From NCBI GenBank assembly GCA_045644045.1, contig JAZRGD010000099.1, positions 7,126 to 71,125 of the forward strand: a stretch of 64,000 nt of DNA, in the 5' to 3' direction. The stretch is from Eubacteriales bacterium. Its GTDB lineage: Bacteria > Bacillota > Clostridia > Oscillospirales > CAG-272. The translations under genes and the position numbers were made by a program. The notes beneath the pieces were generated by a model. The model worked only from the letters and a program-made list of their open reading frames with translations, had not been told where the DNA came from and ran no database searches. Positions 52,874 to 62,398 of this stretch are shown here, piece by piece; position 1 is the stretch's first letter; every line of letters starts with the position of its first letter.

Positions 52874-53596
52874 TTAGTTTTCCCAGTTGTGGTAGACGGC
52901 GGTGATGTCCTCACAGTCGTCGAAGTAGTCGAGCATCTTTTCCATGTTGGCAACGGCCTCCTCGTCCTCAATGGTCACGTAGGAGGAGGGGATCTTGGTC
53001 AGCTCGGCGGTGGTGATCTTGTAGCCCGCCGCGCGAAGCACCTCGCTGACGGCCTCCAGGTCGTCTGCCTCGGTGGTGATCTCATACACGTTGTCCTCGC
53101 CGCTGAAGTCTGCGGCACCCGCCTCAAGAGCGGCCTCCATCAAGGCCTCCTCATCTACCTCCTCGTCCTCATCGTCGATGGTGATGAGACCCATTTCGGT
53201 AAACATAAAGCCAACGCATCCCTGCACGCCCAGGTTGCCGCCGCACTTGTCGAAATAGTGGCGAACGTCACCTGCGGTACGGTTGCGGGAGTCGGTGGCG
53301 GCCTCAACGATCACGGCCACGCCTGCGGGGCCATAGCCCTCGTAGGTGATCTCCTCGTATACCACGTCGGAGTCCTTGAACTTCTTGATGGCGCGCTCAA
53401 TGTTATCGTTGGGCACGTTGTTGGCCTTTGCCTTGGCGATCAGCTCACGGAGCTTGGAGTTGTTATCGGGATTAGGGCCTCCCGCGCGGATGGCCACCGC
53501 CATCTCCTTGCCGATCTTGGTAAAGATCTTGGCGCGTGCGGCGTCCGTCTTTTCCTTTTTGCGCTTGATATTATTCCATTTGCTATGTCCTGACAT
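52874..53596 (-). CDS. yebC: YebC/PmpR-family DNA-binding transcriptional regulator
   Basis: MSGHSKWNNIKRKKEKTDAARAKIFTK..KE: the canonical family N-terminus. Confidence 0.9.
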   Translation of the reverse strand: MSGHSKWNNIKRKKEKTDAARAKIFTKIGKEMAVAIRAGGPNPDNNSKLRELIAKAKANNVPNDNIERAIKKFKDSDVVYEEITYEGYGPAGVAVIVEAATDSRNRTAGDVRHYFDKCGGNLGVQGCVGFMFTEMGLITIDDEDEEVDEEALMEAALEAGAADFSGEDNVYEITTEADDLEAVSEVLRAAGYKITTAELTKIPSSYVTIEDEEAVANMEKMLDYFDDCEDITAVYHNWEN

Positions 53597-53616
53597 GATA
53601 TTCTCCTATATCCTGT

Positions 53617-55329
53617 TTAAATTTTTTCGGGGGTGGGCATACAGATCAGACGCAGAGCGGTGCGAAGCACGGTGCCTGCGGCGCGGGTAAAGGCCAGACG
53701 GTTCTCCGCCACCTCAGCCTCCTCGGCGGAGAGGATCTTGCACTCGTGATAGAAGCGGTTAAAGGCGGCGCAAAGATCGAGAATATAACGGGTGATGAGG
53801 GAGGGCTCGCTTTCGGCGATGGCCGCCTCCACCTTTTCGGGGAAGAGGGACAGCACGCGAGCAAGCTCCGCCTCCTCCTCGCACATGGCGACGGGCGTGA
53901 CCGCCTTGCCCTTGTCGCCCGCCTTTTCAAGAATGGAGCAGGTACGGGCGTAGGTGTATTGCGCGTAGGGGCCCGTGTTGCCGTCAAAGGTGAGCGCATC
54001 CTCCAGCATAAAGTTGATGTCGCGCATTCTGCCGTTGGAGAGGTAATAGAAGATGATCGCGCCCACACCCACCTGCTCGGCAACGGCGTCGTTGTCGGCG
54101 GTGGCGGAGCCCTTCTCCTTCATGATCGCCTTGACCTTATCGATAGCCATGGCAAAGAGATCCTTGAGGAGAATGACGTTGCCCGTACGGGTGGCCAGCT
54201 TCGCGCCGTTGATGCTGACGGTGCCGTAGGGCACGTGCAAAAGACCGTCGTGCCAATCGTAGCCCATCAGCTCTACCACCTTGAACCACTGGGCAAAGTG
54301 AAGGCTTTGTCCCGCAGAGGTCACGTAGATGCACTTATCAAAGCCGTAATGCTCCTTGCGGTAAACGGCGGCGGCAATGTCACGGGTGGGATAGAGGGTG
54401 GAGCCGTCTCTCTTGAGGATCAGGCAGGGGGGCATATTCCACTCCTCCAGATTGACGACAGACGCACCGTCGTCCAGCTGCAAAAGGTTCATTTCCTTCA
54501 TCTTCTCGATCTGACGGGGCATCTTATCGGTGTAGAAGCTCTCGCCGTTGTAGCTGTCGAAGGAGATGTTCAGCATCTTATAGGTCTTCTGGTACTCGCG
54601 CAGGGAGATCTCGATAAACCAACGCCAAAGGGCCAGGTTTTCCTCGTCGTGGGCCTCCAGCTTTGCGAACTCGGCTCTTGCCTCGTCGTTGAGGGCAGGG
54701 TCGGCCTCGGCCTCGCTGTGGAACTTCACGTACAGAGCGACAAGCGCGTCGATCTCGTTCTTTTCGATCTCCTCACGGTTGCCCCACTTGCGATAGGCCA
54801 CAATGAGCTTGCCAAACTGGGTGCCCCAGTCGCCAAGGTGGTTGATGCCGACGCAGGAGTAGCCCGCAAACTCGTGAAGGAGCTTCAAGGAGTGACCGAT
54901 CACCGTGGTGCCGAGATGCCCGATGTGGAAGGGCTTGGCCACGTTGGGGGAGGAATAGTCAAGGACTACCGTTTTGCCCTCTCCGCAAGCGGGGGAGCCG
55001 TAAGCCTCTCCCTTTTCGAGAACCGTATTCACCACGCGAGCGGCAAAGGCGGAAGCATTCTTTTTAAAATTCAAATAACCGTTCACCGCCTCGATAGAGG
55101 AAAAGGCCTCGTCGGACAGAGCCTCCGCCAGGGAAGCGGCGATCTGCACGGGAGAGCGGCGCAAGGCGCGGCTGAGCTTGAAGCAAGGGAGTGCCAGGTC
55201 TCCCATCGCGGTGTCGGGGGGGTATTCGAGCATCCCCACGACCTCCTCCGCCGTAAGAGTGGCGGGGGCAAACAGGCGGCAAGCCGCCTCGGCCACGAGA
55301 GCGGCCGCTTTGTTTTTGAGTTTCTTCAT
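53617..55329 (-). CDS. argS: Arginine--tRNA ligase
   Basis: SPNVAKPFHIGHLGTTVIG (HIGH region), ~570 aa, and a DALR-like C-terminal anticodon-binding domain. Confidence 0.95.
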   Translation of the reverse strand: MKKLKNKAAALVAEAACRLFAPATLTAEEVVGMLEYPPDTAMGDLALPCFKLSRALRRSPVQIAASLAEALSDEAFSSIEAVNGYLNFKKNASAFAARVVNTVLEKGEAYGSPACGEGKTVVLDYSSPNVAKPFHIGHLGTTVIGHSLKLLHEFAGYSCVGINHLGDWGTQFGKLIVAYRKWGNREEIEKNEIDALVALYVKFHSEAEADPALNDEARAEFAKLEAHDEENLALWRWFIEISLREYQKTYKMLNISFDSYNGESFYTDKMPRQIEKMKEMNLLQLDDGASVVNLEEWNMPPCLILKRDGSTLYPTRDIAAAVYRKEHYGFDKCIYVTSAGQSLHFAQWFKVVELMGYDWHDGLLHVPYGTVSINGAKLATRTGNVILLKDLFAMAIDKVKAIMKEKGSATADNDAVAEQVGVGAIIFYYLSNGRMRDINFMLEDALTFDGNTGPYAQYTYARTCSILEKAGDKGKAVTPVAMCEEEAELARVLSLFPEKVEAAIAESEPSLITRYILDLCAAFNRFYHECKILSAEEAEVAENRLAFTRAAGTVLRTALRLICMPTPEKI

Positions 55330-55347
55330 ATCGTTATCCTTTCTCCG

Positions 55348-56193
55348 TCAAAAGGTGTCGGTCATGCGCACGAACACACCGTAGGGCTTTTGACCCACGG
55401 TGAGCTTGGTGGGAACGAGAGGCTCGTCCGAAATGGCGTGTGCCAAGGCCACCTCGGCGTTGTCGGTCAGGTAAATATCGCCGTCACATTCCACGGCGTA
55501 GGCGTCGCCCGCGTCCACGCCCGCGTCAAGAAGCTCGGAAAGCTTGGCGGCTCTGCCCTCATCCGTGCCCTCGTCGGGGTATAAGAAGCGGCGGGGGCAG
55601 ATATAGGCGTAGCGACGGGAGTGATCCTCCTGCCAATCGGCAAAGCAGGTGAGGATGCACTCGGCCACCTCCTCGGGGGTAGCGTAGGTGCTGTCCACCA
55701 CCAGAGAGTAATTGTCAAGATTTTTGCAATCCACACCGTACATCTCGGCGTATCTCTTTCTCTCGCTGGCCTTGCGGGTGCGGATCTTCTCCGCCAGCTC
55801 CTCCACCGTGGTAGCGGTCTCCCCTTCTCTGCCCGCCCGCAAAATACGCTTGGCGGACTCGGCAAGCTCGGTGGTCATATAGACCTTGAAGGTGTCACGG
55901 ACGAAGTGCCAAGCCATGCGGGAGTCGATGATCATGCACTCGTCCTTGTCGGACAGGGCGCGCAGACCGTCGTCGATCTCGGTGTCGATCTCGGGATGGG
56001 TCTCCATGTACAGGTTCATCTCCACGATGTCCATGCCGTGCTTGGCGGCAATGGCGCGGCAGATGGCACCCGTGGAATAATAGGTGGCGCCAAGGCGCTC
56101 GATGAGAATTTTGGATACGGTGCTTTTTCCGCTACCTAAGTCTCCCGCTAAGGAGATCTTGCCGTAACGGCTATTTTCACAATTCTGGCTCAT
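55348..56193 (-). CDS. Cytidylate-kinase-like P-loop protein with ~100-aa C-terminal extension
   Basis: ISLAGDLGSGKSTVSKILIERLG (P-loop). The remainder resembles the CMK-like family. The C-terminal third is unassigned. Confidence 0.55.
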   Translation of the reverse strand: MSQNCENSRYGKISLAGDLGSGKSTVSKILIERLGATYYSTGAICRAIAAKHGMDIVEMNLYMETHPEIDTEIDDGLRALSDKDECMIIDSRMAWHFVRDTFKVYMTTELAESAKRILRAGREGETATTVEELAEKIRTRKASERKRYAEMYGVDCKNLDNYSLVVDSTYATPEEVAECILTCFADWQEDHSRRYAYICPRRFLYPDEGTDEGRAAKLSELLDAGVDAGDAYAVECDGDIYLTDNAEVALAHAISDEPLVPTKLTVGQKPYGVFVRMTDTF

Positions 56194-56374
56194 GTCTTTT
56201 TTCCTTATAAATATAGAATAATATAAAATTACATTATATTTTACCGCAAAACCAAGCTTTTGTCAACCGTAAGCCTATATTTTTTCTAAATTTTACAGTT
56301 TGCTTGCTTTTTCTACTCTTTTTTTCTTCTTTTTTGCGGTAAGATAACATATATAAAGCAAAGGAGGACGCGCC

Positions 56375-57442
56375 ATGCCGTTTGCAAGCAAGCTGTTAAA
56401 AACCGTTTTCCCCTCGGTCGCCGATTTCTTTTTGGCAGAGGGCAGAGCACTTCCCTGGCGCGCCGACCGCGAGCCATACCGCGTTTGGCTCTCCGAGATC
56501 ATGCTTCAACAGACCCGCATCGAAGCGGTCATTCCCTATTATGAAAAATTTTTAAGCGTTTTCCCCACCGTAGAGGCCTTGGCCGCCGCCGACGATGACA
56601 CCCTCTTTAAATGCTGGGAGGGGCTGGGGTACTACGCGAGAGCGCGCAATCTGCGCCGCGCGGCGCAAGCCGTGGTAGCCCTCGGCCGCTTCCCCGAAGA
56701 CTACGAGGGCCTTTTGGCCTTGCCGGGTGTTGGCGAATATACGGCGGGTGCCGTCGGCAGCATCTGCTTCGGCCTTCCCACCCCCGCCGTGGACGGCAAC
56801 GTCCTGCGCATTCTCGCCCGTCTGTTTGCCGTAACGGAGGAGATCACCTCCCCCTCCGTAAAGCGTGCCGCACGCGAGGCCCTGGCAGCGGCATATCCCA
56901 CGGGTGACGCCTCTGCCGCCGTGACCCAGGGGCTGATGGAGATCGGCCAACGCTTTTGCTTGCCCAACGGCGCGCCGAGGTGCGATGCCTGTCCGCTTCT
57001 CGCCTACTGCAAGGTCGGCAAGGAGGGCGGATATGACACCATCCCCGTCCGCGCCGCGAAAAAGGCAAGAAAAATACAAAAAAGAACCGTCCTTCTCCTC
57101 CTCTCCGAGGGAGAAAACGGCTCTCGCTTTGCCCTGCGCAAGCGACCCGACGAAGGGCTTCTCGCAGGTCTTTGGGAGTTTCCAAACGCGGAGGGTACCT
57201 TATCCGAGGAGGAGGCCGTGGCCTATGCCGCGCGCCTGGGCTTTTCCCCCACGGGTGTCTTGGCATCGGTCACGGGCACCCATATCTTCACCCATTTGGA
57301 ATGGCATATGAGCAGCTTTCTTATGCCCATAGGCGACACGCTTCCCGACGGCTTTGTACTCGCCTCGCCCGCCGATATGAAGAAGCGTTTCCCCATCGCC
57401 TCCGCCTTCCGCGCGTTTAAAAATCATATTTTAAACGAATAA
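56375..57442 (+). CDS. mutY: A/G-specific adenine DNA glycosylase
   Basis: LPWR...PY.VWLSEIMLQQTR, GLGYYARARNL, the 4Fe-4S cluster loop C..C..C.L...C, and a NUDIX-like C-terminal domain. Confidence 0.9.
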   Translation: MPFASKLLKTVFPSVADFFLAEGRALPWRADREPYRVWLSEIMLQQTRIEAVIPYYEKFLSVFPTVEALAAADDDTLFKCWEGLGYYARARNLRRAAQAVVALGRFPEDYEGLLALPGVGEYTAGAVGSICFGLPTPAVDGNVLRILARLFAVTEEITSPSVKRAAREALAAAYPTGDASAAVTQGLMEIGQRFCLPNGAPRCDACPLLAYCKVGKEGGYDTIPVRAAKKARKIQKRTVLLLLSEGENGSRFALRKRPDEGLLAGLWEFPNAEGTLSEEEAVAYAARLGFSPTGVLASVTGTHIFTHLEWHMSSFLMPIGDTLPDGFVLASPADMKKRFPIASAFRAFKNHILNE

Positions 57443-57471
57443 TGTAACCTTTTGTTTACAATAAAGAGGGT

Positions 57472-58365
57472 TTAGCGATTCTCATACCACGGAATATGGG
57501 TGTTTTTATCGTGCTCATACCGTATATTGGGATGCCGCATGGAAGTGGCGATGGCGACAGCGCAGATGCGTTTCGCGCCGTTGCTCCGCAGGATTGAGGC
57601 GGCGGCCACCATGGTCGCGCCCGTGGTAATGAGATCGTCCACGAGCAATACCGTCTTTCCCATAAGGGACTCGCGCGCGCAATAGCGAAAGGAACGCTTT
57701 GCGTTTTCCACTCTCTCCTTCATGGTCTCCTGCTCCTTTTGCGTTCGCGTAAGGAGAGCGCGGCGAAGCGTCCTGACGACGGGGATACCCAACCGCTCGC
57801 TGAGTGCCTCGGCCAAGCGTCTCGATTGGTCAAAGCCGTATTCGGCGCGTCTGACCCAGGGCCTTGGGATAAAGGTCAGCACCGTTTCCCCGCTTTTGGG
57901 GATCAACCTTCTCACAGACTCCTCCAGCTCAGCCGCAAAGAAGCGAAAAAGCACCCGCTCGTCCTTGCGCTTGAGCGTGAAGATAATGTAATTCTCCACC
58001 GCGTCCTTCCTTCCGCTTTGATAGTGGATGAGCTTGGCGGCGCGTGGGATACGGTTGCGAAACAGATATGCCGAGGAGCAATCGCACACCGAAACGGGGC
58101 GGGAGCAAACGCCGCAACGCCAGGTCTTCGCTCTCCTGTATTCAGGCTCACAACGCGGACAAAACCGAAAGGGGTCGGGCATGCGACGACCGCATCCCAC
58201 GCAATTGGAGGGGGTCAGGGGCATCATGCGGTGCAAAAACCGCTCCAACGGCGCGTCGCTGTAAAAGGCACCGTTGGGGAGTGCCACCAGGTCCTCGGTG
58301 CTTTTCGGCAAGGACTCTATGAGCGTCTTTTTTCCCACCGTCTTATATGAGGCCTTATATCCCAT
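57472..58365 (-). CDS. comFC: ComF-family protein (phosphoribosyltransferase-like, Zn-finger N-terminus)
   Basis: CxxC...CPRC, then LLVDDLITTGATM (PRT motif). The start is uncertain (58365, or the MMPLTP start at 58227; the track ORF extends to 58422). Confidence 0.7.
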   Translation of the reverse strand: MGYKASYKTVGKKTLIESLPKSTEDLVALPNGAFYSDAPLERFLHRMMPLTPSNCVGCGRRMPDPFRFCPRCEPEYRRAKTWRCGVCSRPVSVCDCSSAYLFRNRIPRAAKLIHYQSGRKDAVENYIIFTLKRKDERVLFRFFAAELEESVRRLIPKSGETVLTFIPRPWVRRAEYGFDQSRRLAEALSERLGIPVVRTLRRALLTRTQKEQETMKERVENAKRSFRYCARESLMGKTVLLVDDLITTGATMVAAASILRSNGAKRICAVAIATSMRHPNIRYEHDKNTHIPWYENR

Positions 58366-58491
58366 CGCTGTTCCCCGATCCGTAATTTTACCTATTCCCC
58401 CACATTTTAACATAAAACCCACTTTTCGTCAACTTTTTTGCCCCAAAATTCCCATTTTCGCCCCACTTTTCGCCTTTTTGAGCCAAACGGG

Positions 58492-58520
58492 TTGCTTTTT
58501 TCGCAAAATCATGCTATAAT
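58492..58520 (+). promoter_or_regulatory. Candidate promoter (TTGCTT-17 nt-TATAAT, the last spacer bases giving an extended -10 TGc)
   Basis: Read directly: TTGCTTttttcgcaaaatcaTGcTATAAT. Confidence 0.55.
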
Positions 58521-58534
58521 ACGGTAGATTCCTT

Positions 58535-58573
58535 TTGACGGTAACTAATCAAATTTGACAGTAACGAATCAAA
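58535..58573 (+). repeat. Two tandem 19-nt direct repeats TTGAC(G/A)GTAAC(T/G)AATCAAA (period 20) in the 5' UTR of the lipoprotein gene
   Basis: Read directly, between the predicted -10 and the SD (GAGG) of 58587. Confidence 0.7.
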
Positions 58574-58586
58574 AACGAGGTATCCT

Positions 58587-59828
58587 ATGAAAAAGAAGCT
58601 TTTATCCTTGGCTTTGACGCTGTCGTTGCTTCTCTCATCCCTCTCTCTTTGGAGCTGTGATGATGGCATCGCTCCCCCACCCGAAACGGTCACGGGAGAA
58701 TACAGCCGCATCACCGTGGAGGCCAATTGCTCCATCGAGATCCTGGCGGACAACAAGGGCAAGACCTTATCCGTCTCCCCTCTTGACGATGAGGCCGCCG
58801 TGCTTTTGGTGGGTGAAGCCTCCTTCGTGGGGTTGAGTGCCGAGGAGGCGGTCGAGCGGATCGTAAATATCGCGGCCGACACCGGCTACCTGATCCACGG
58901 CGCGGCCGAGGAAAGCGACAACACCCTCCGCCTTTCGGTTTCGGGCGACTCGGATTATGCCGAAAAGCTCTACGACAGCGCGAAAAAGAAGGCATCCGGC
59001 GTTATGGTCTCTCACGGCATCAGCGGCAGGATCGAGCGCGTGTCCTCCATGGACGTCAAGGCACTCCGCGATCTGACGCAAGGTGCCACCCTTCTCACCA
59101 AGGAGGAGGTAGACGGCTTGAACGATCAGGAGCTGTACCAAGCCTTAGCGGAAGGTCGTGCCGAAACGGCAGGGCTCTTGACGCAGGACCTGCGCGACGC
59201 TTACCTGCAAGCCAAAAGGAACGAAATGGCCTTCGCTGAGCGAGAAGAAACCGCCAAGGTCATCGAATCCCTCGGCGCGCCCCACAGCGAGACCCACGAT
59301 GCCTACACCGCCGCCTTGGAAAAATATGAATCGGCGGCAACCGCCTTGGAGGACTATCGCTACGAAATGCTGGTAGCCCCCGATTCCATTTATCAACAGG
59401 CTTTGGCACTTTTGCGTGACAAAAAAGCGGAGATCTTAGAGCAAAAGGGCCTTATCGCCGCCTTGGGCGCAGACAGCGAGGCAATGGAGGAGGCCTTATC
59501 CGCCTTGGAGAAAAAGGAGGAGGCCTACAAGACCGCGCTTCTGGCTCTGACCGCCTTGGGCGAAAACGCCGCCACCGCTATCGTCGGCTTAATATCCTCC
59601 CTGCAAGGGGCCGAGGCCTCCTTGCAAGGCATCGAAAACGCGCTTGACGGCGACGTCAAGGCCGCGCTGGAGGCCAAGGCCGCGCAGATCGAGGCAGGTC
59701 TGAAGAAAAGAAGTGAGAGCTTCGCCGCCGCCTTCCGTGCCGAGTACGGCGAGGACATTGCCGCCGCAGAGGAATCCTTGAAGGCATACAAGGAGGCCTT
59801 GATCGCGGCCACCAACGAAAACAAATAA
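58587..59828 (+). CDS. Ala/Glu-rich predicted lipoprotein (coiled-coil-like)
   Basis: Signal peptide ending LSLWS-C (atypical lipobox). The long A/E/L-rich remainder has no recognised family. Confidence 0.6.
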   Translation: MKKKLLSLALTLSLLLSSLSLWSCDDGIAPPPETVTGEYSRITVEANCSIEILADNKGKTLSVSPLDDEAAVLLVGEASFVGLSAEEAVERIVNIAADTGYLIHGAAEESDNTLRLSVSGDSDYAEKLYDSAKKKASGVMVSHGISGRIERVSSMDVKALRDLTQGATLLTKEEVDGLNDQELYQALAEGRAETAGLLTQDLRDAYLQAKRNEMAFAEREETAKVIESLGAPHSETHDAYTAALEKYESAATALEDYRYEMLVAPDSIYQQALALLRDKKAEILEQKGLIAALGADSEAMEEALSALEKKEEAYKTALLALTALGENAATAIVGLISSLQGAEASLQGIENALDGDVKAALEAKAAQIEAGLKKRSESFAAAFRAEYGEDIAAAEESLKAYKEALIAATNENK

Positions 59829-59829
59829 G

Positions 59830-59876
59830 AAAAACCGCTTTTGTGTAAAGCTTTGTTTACACAAAAGCGGTTTTTT
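59830..59876. terminator. Bidirectional rho-independent terminator
   Basis: AAAAACCGCTTTTGTGTAAA-gctt-TGTTTACACAAAAGCGGTTTTTT. Confidence 0.85.
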
Positions 59877-60411
59877 AATAATCCTTGTTCTTTTTCACGT
59901 AAGAGCGGATAAAGGAAAAGGTAGCCTTCTCCCCCTCCTCCGCCAGCATCCGAAGCAGCTTTTCGAGAAAAGCCGAGGTCTCGGGATGGATGCGGCGACG
60001 GTCTCGTCCTCTGTCGAAATAGGAAAAGGGCTTGTCGTCGGTATATCCCTTTCCGCTATATATTTTGCTGGCCGCCACGCGGTCGCAAAACATCTCCACC
60101 ACGAAGCGCAAGGGCATCTTCACGGGAGCATATTCCTTCTTCACAGGGTCAATGTCCACCCAATACTCAAAATGGTGTCGGTTGCGCCCCTTGTGGTGCA
60201 TCCAAGCCAGGGAATATCCGTTTTTCTCCCGTTCTCCCTCGTTGGGGCTTCGGGTACCGAAATAGTATTTTGCCCCGGGAATAAATTCCGTAGGGGTATA
60301 TTTGGACAGATCGTGAAACAGCCCCTGCCAACCGATGCCTGCGCGGAAGCAATGGCGTATCACCTTGTGGCGGTGCTTCGTAATGGTGCAAAAATGCTTA
60401 ATGGGATGCAT
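59875..60411 (-). CDS. Conserved hypothetical protein (DUF5662-like, His-rich)
   Basis: Start at MHPIKHF. HDLSKY...WMHHKGRNRHHFEYW pattern. The family name comes from memory only. Confidence 0.5.
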   Translation of the reverse strand: MHPIKHFCTITKHRHKVIRHCFRAGIGWQGLFHDLSKYTPTEFIPGAKYYFGTRSPNEGEREKNGYSLAWMHHKGRNRHHFEYWVDIDPVKKEYAPVKMPLRFVVEMFCDRVAASKIYSGKGYTDDKPFSYFDRGRDRRRIHPETSAFLEKLLRMLAEEGEKATFSFIRSYVKKNKDY

Positions 60412-60548
60412 GACGTGCCTCTCTTTTTCTTTTTCCTTGCGTTTCCCTTCCATTTTATATTCAAAGGCGTGATTTGTCAATCTTTTTGCGCAAAAAACAC
60501 GTTGCTTTTCATTTTTTCTCTTTTTTTCTCTTTTTTTCATTTTTCCTA

Positions 60549-60577
60549 TTGACAAACGTTTTTCTTTGTGCTACAAT
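60549..60577 (+). promoter_or_regulatory. Sigma-A promoter (TTGACA-17 nt-TACAAT) of the riboswitch-controlled symporter
   Basis: Read directly. Confidence 0.6.
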
Positions 60578-60595
60578 ATGCCCATATTCATATCC

Positions 60596-60763
60596 GATGA
60601 AGCTTTTTGGGAAAGTCGCCGTCAGGCGTGCCGAAGGAGTCATACTCTCAGGAATCCGCAAGGATAGGACCGAAAGCAGAGGAATCTCTGGAGAATCTCA
60701 CCCCGTGTGAGTGCCGAAGGTGCAAGGCGAAAGCCGAATCTCTCAGGCAAAAGGACAGAGGAA
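60596..60763 (+). ncRNA. Tandem glycine riboswitch (two aptamers)
   Basis: Aptamer 2 is CTCTGGAGAAtctcacc...gtgCCGAAGGTGCAAgg...CTCTCAGGCAAAAGGACAGAG. Aptamer 1 is more degenerate (...gtgCCGAAGGAGtcatactCTCAGGaatccgcAAGGAtAGGAC). A terminator and an AGCS symporter gene lie downstream. Confidence 0.85.
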
Positions 60764-60814
60764 AAATAAGCGTCCCCCGCGCTTCCCCTTTTCCTATTCT
60801 TTTTTCTTCACGAT

Positions 60815-60840
60815 GCCGTCGGATTCCGACGGTTTTTTGT
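60815..60840 (+). terminator. Riboswitch expression-platform terminator
   Basis: CCGTCGG-att-CCGACGG followed by tttttt. Confidence 0.75.
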
Positions 60841-60881
60841 TTTGTTTATATTTTTTGGTATAAAAAGAAAGGAAAAATACC

Positions 60882-62351
60882 ATGCAAGAATTTTTACTCA
60901 ACATCGTGGCAAACATCAACACCTACCTCTCGAACTACGTTCTGCTCGTTCTTTTGGTAGGCACCGGTCTCTACTTCTCCATCCGTACCCGCTTCGTTCA
61001 GGTCCGTTGCTTCGGCGAGGGCATGAAGAACGTATTCGGAAATATTAAGCTTAAGGGCGGAAGCAAGGAAGGCGGCATCTCCTCCTTCCAGGCACTTGCC
61101 ACCGCCGTTGCCGCGCAGGTCGGTACGGGTAACATCGTCGGTGCCTGCGGCGCCATCCTCATCGGTGGTCCCGGTGCCATCTTCTGGATGTGGGTCATCG
61201 CCTTCCTCGGCATGGCTACCATCTACGCCGAGGCGATCCTCGCGCAGAAGACCCGCGTGACCAACCCCGACGGCTCTGTGGAGGGCGGTCCCGTTTACTA
61301 CATCAAGACAGCGTTTAAGGGCAAGTTCGGCAAGTTCCTCGCCGCTTTCTTCTCCGTGGCCGCTATCATCGCCCTCGGCTTCGTAGGCGCAATGGTACAG
61401 TCCAACTCCATCGCCTCCAACTTCGCCAACGTATTCAGCTCCTTGGGCATTAACGCCTCCTTCACCATCGGCAACACCGAGTTCAACTGGATCATGCTCA
61501 TCGTCGGTGCTATCGTGGCCGCCTTCGCGGGCTTCGTTCTGCTGGGCGGTGTTAAGCGTTTGGCCTCCGTTACCGAGAAGCTGGTTCCCCTGATGGCTAT
61601 CATATATCTGGTTGGCGGCCTTCTCGTCCTTTGCATCAACATCACCAGCGTACCCAAGGCCTTCGGCATGATCTTCAAGTATGCCTTCGCGCCTCAGGCT
61701 CTCGTCGGCGGTGCCTTCGGTGCGGCCATCTCCAAGGCCATCACCCAGGGTGCTAAGCGCGGCCTGTTCTCCAACGAGGCAGGTATGGGTTCTACCCCTC
61801 ACGCCCACGCTCTTGCTGACGTAAAGAAGCCCCACGACCAAGGCACCTCCGCCATGATCGGCGTGTTCATCGACACCTTCGTCGTGCTGACCATGACCGC
61901 TCTCGTGGTCATCTCCACCCTCTACTGCAACGGCACCATCACCCCCGAGACCTATGCGGCAGGCAACGCGGGCATTTCCAACGCCACCATGGCGCAGAGT
62001 GCCTTCGCCTTCACCTTCAGCAAGCTCTTCGGTGCTACGGCAGGTACGGTCATCGGTAACATCTTCGTTGCCGTCTGTCTCCTGTTCTTCGCCTTCTCCA
62101 CCATCCTCAGCTGGAACTACTTCGGTAAGGTAAACTTCACCAACCTCTTCGGCAAGAAGTCCGTGACGGTTTACTCCGTTCTGGCTACCCTCTTCGTATT
62201 CCTCGGCTCCGCCTTCAAGAACGACCTGGTTTGGGAGCTGACCGATATGTTCAATAACCTGATGGTCATCCCCAACGTCATCGCCCTCTGGGCACTCGCA
62301 AGCATGGTGGTCGTTGCCGCTAAGAACGCCAAGAAGAACACGCTCGAATAA
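60882..62351 (+). CDS. Alanine/glycine:cation symporter (AGCS family)
   Basis: GGISSFQALATAVAAQVGTGNIVG... and GLFSNEAGMGS motifs, ~11 TM segments, glycine riboswitch upstream. Confidence 0.9.
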   Translation: MQEFLLNIVANINTYLSNYVLLVLLVGTGLYFSIRTRFVQVRCFGEGMKNVFGNIKLKGGSKEGGISSFQALATAVAAQVGTGNIVGACGAILIGGPGAIFWMWVIAFLGMATIYAEAILAQKTRVTNPDGSVEGGPVYYIKTAFKGKFGKFLAAFFSVAAIIALGFVGAMVQSNSIASNFANVFSSLGINASFTIGNTEFNWIMLIVGAIVAAFAGFVLLGGVKRLASVTEKLVPLMAIIYLVGGLLVLCINITSVPKAFGMIFKYAFAPQALVGGAFGAAISKAITQGAKRGLFSNEAGMGSTPHAHALADVKKPHDQGTSAMIGVFIDTFVVLTMTALVVISTLYCNGTITPETYAAGNAGISNATMAQSAFAFTFSKLFGATAGTVIGNIFVAVCLLFFAFSTILSWNYFGKVNFTNLFGKKSVTVYSVLATLFVFLGSAFKNDLVWELTDMFNNLMVIPNVIALWALASMVVVAAKNAKKNTLE

Positions 62352-62363
62352 AAAAGAAAAGCA

Positions 62364-62398
62364 AAAGGACTGTGCCACGGCACAGTCCTTTTTTTTAA
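62364..62398. terminator. Bidirectional rho-independent terminator (symporter / dnaJ)
   Basis: AAAAGGACTGTGCC-acg-GCACAGTCCTTTTTTTT. Confidence 0.85.

Noticed and set aside
16245-62378. Other long antisense ORFs: 16245..17099, 17779..19038, 20077..21153, 23661..24692, 32471..33649, 35190..35861, 35925..36785, 39804..40538, 40631..41734, 46078..46974, 47176..48072, 49355..50521, 51788..52744, 52838..53593, 53746..55584, 60894..62378.
   Set aside because: Each lies opposite a gene with a confident family assignment (PucR, S41, lysS, M24, GH29, rubrerythrin, argS, the AGCS symporter and others) and translates to repetitive G/V/H/R/A-rich sequence. They are the same compositional artefact.
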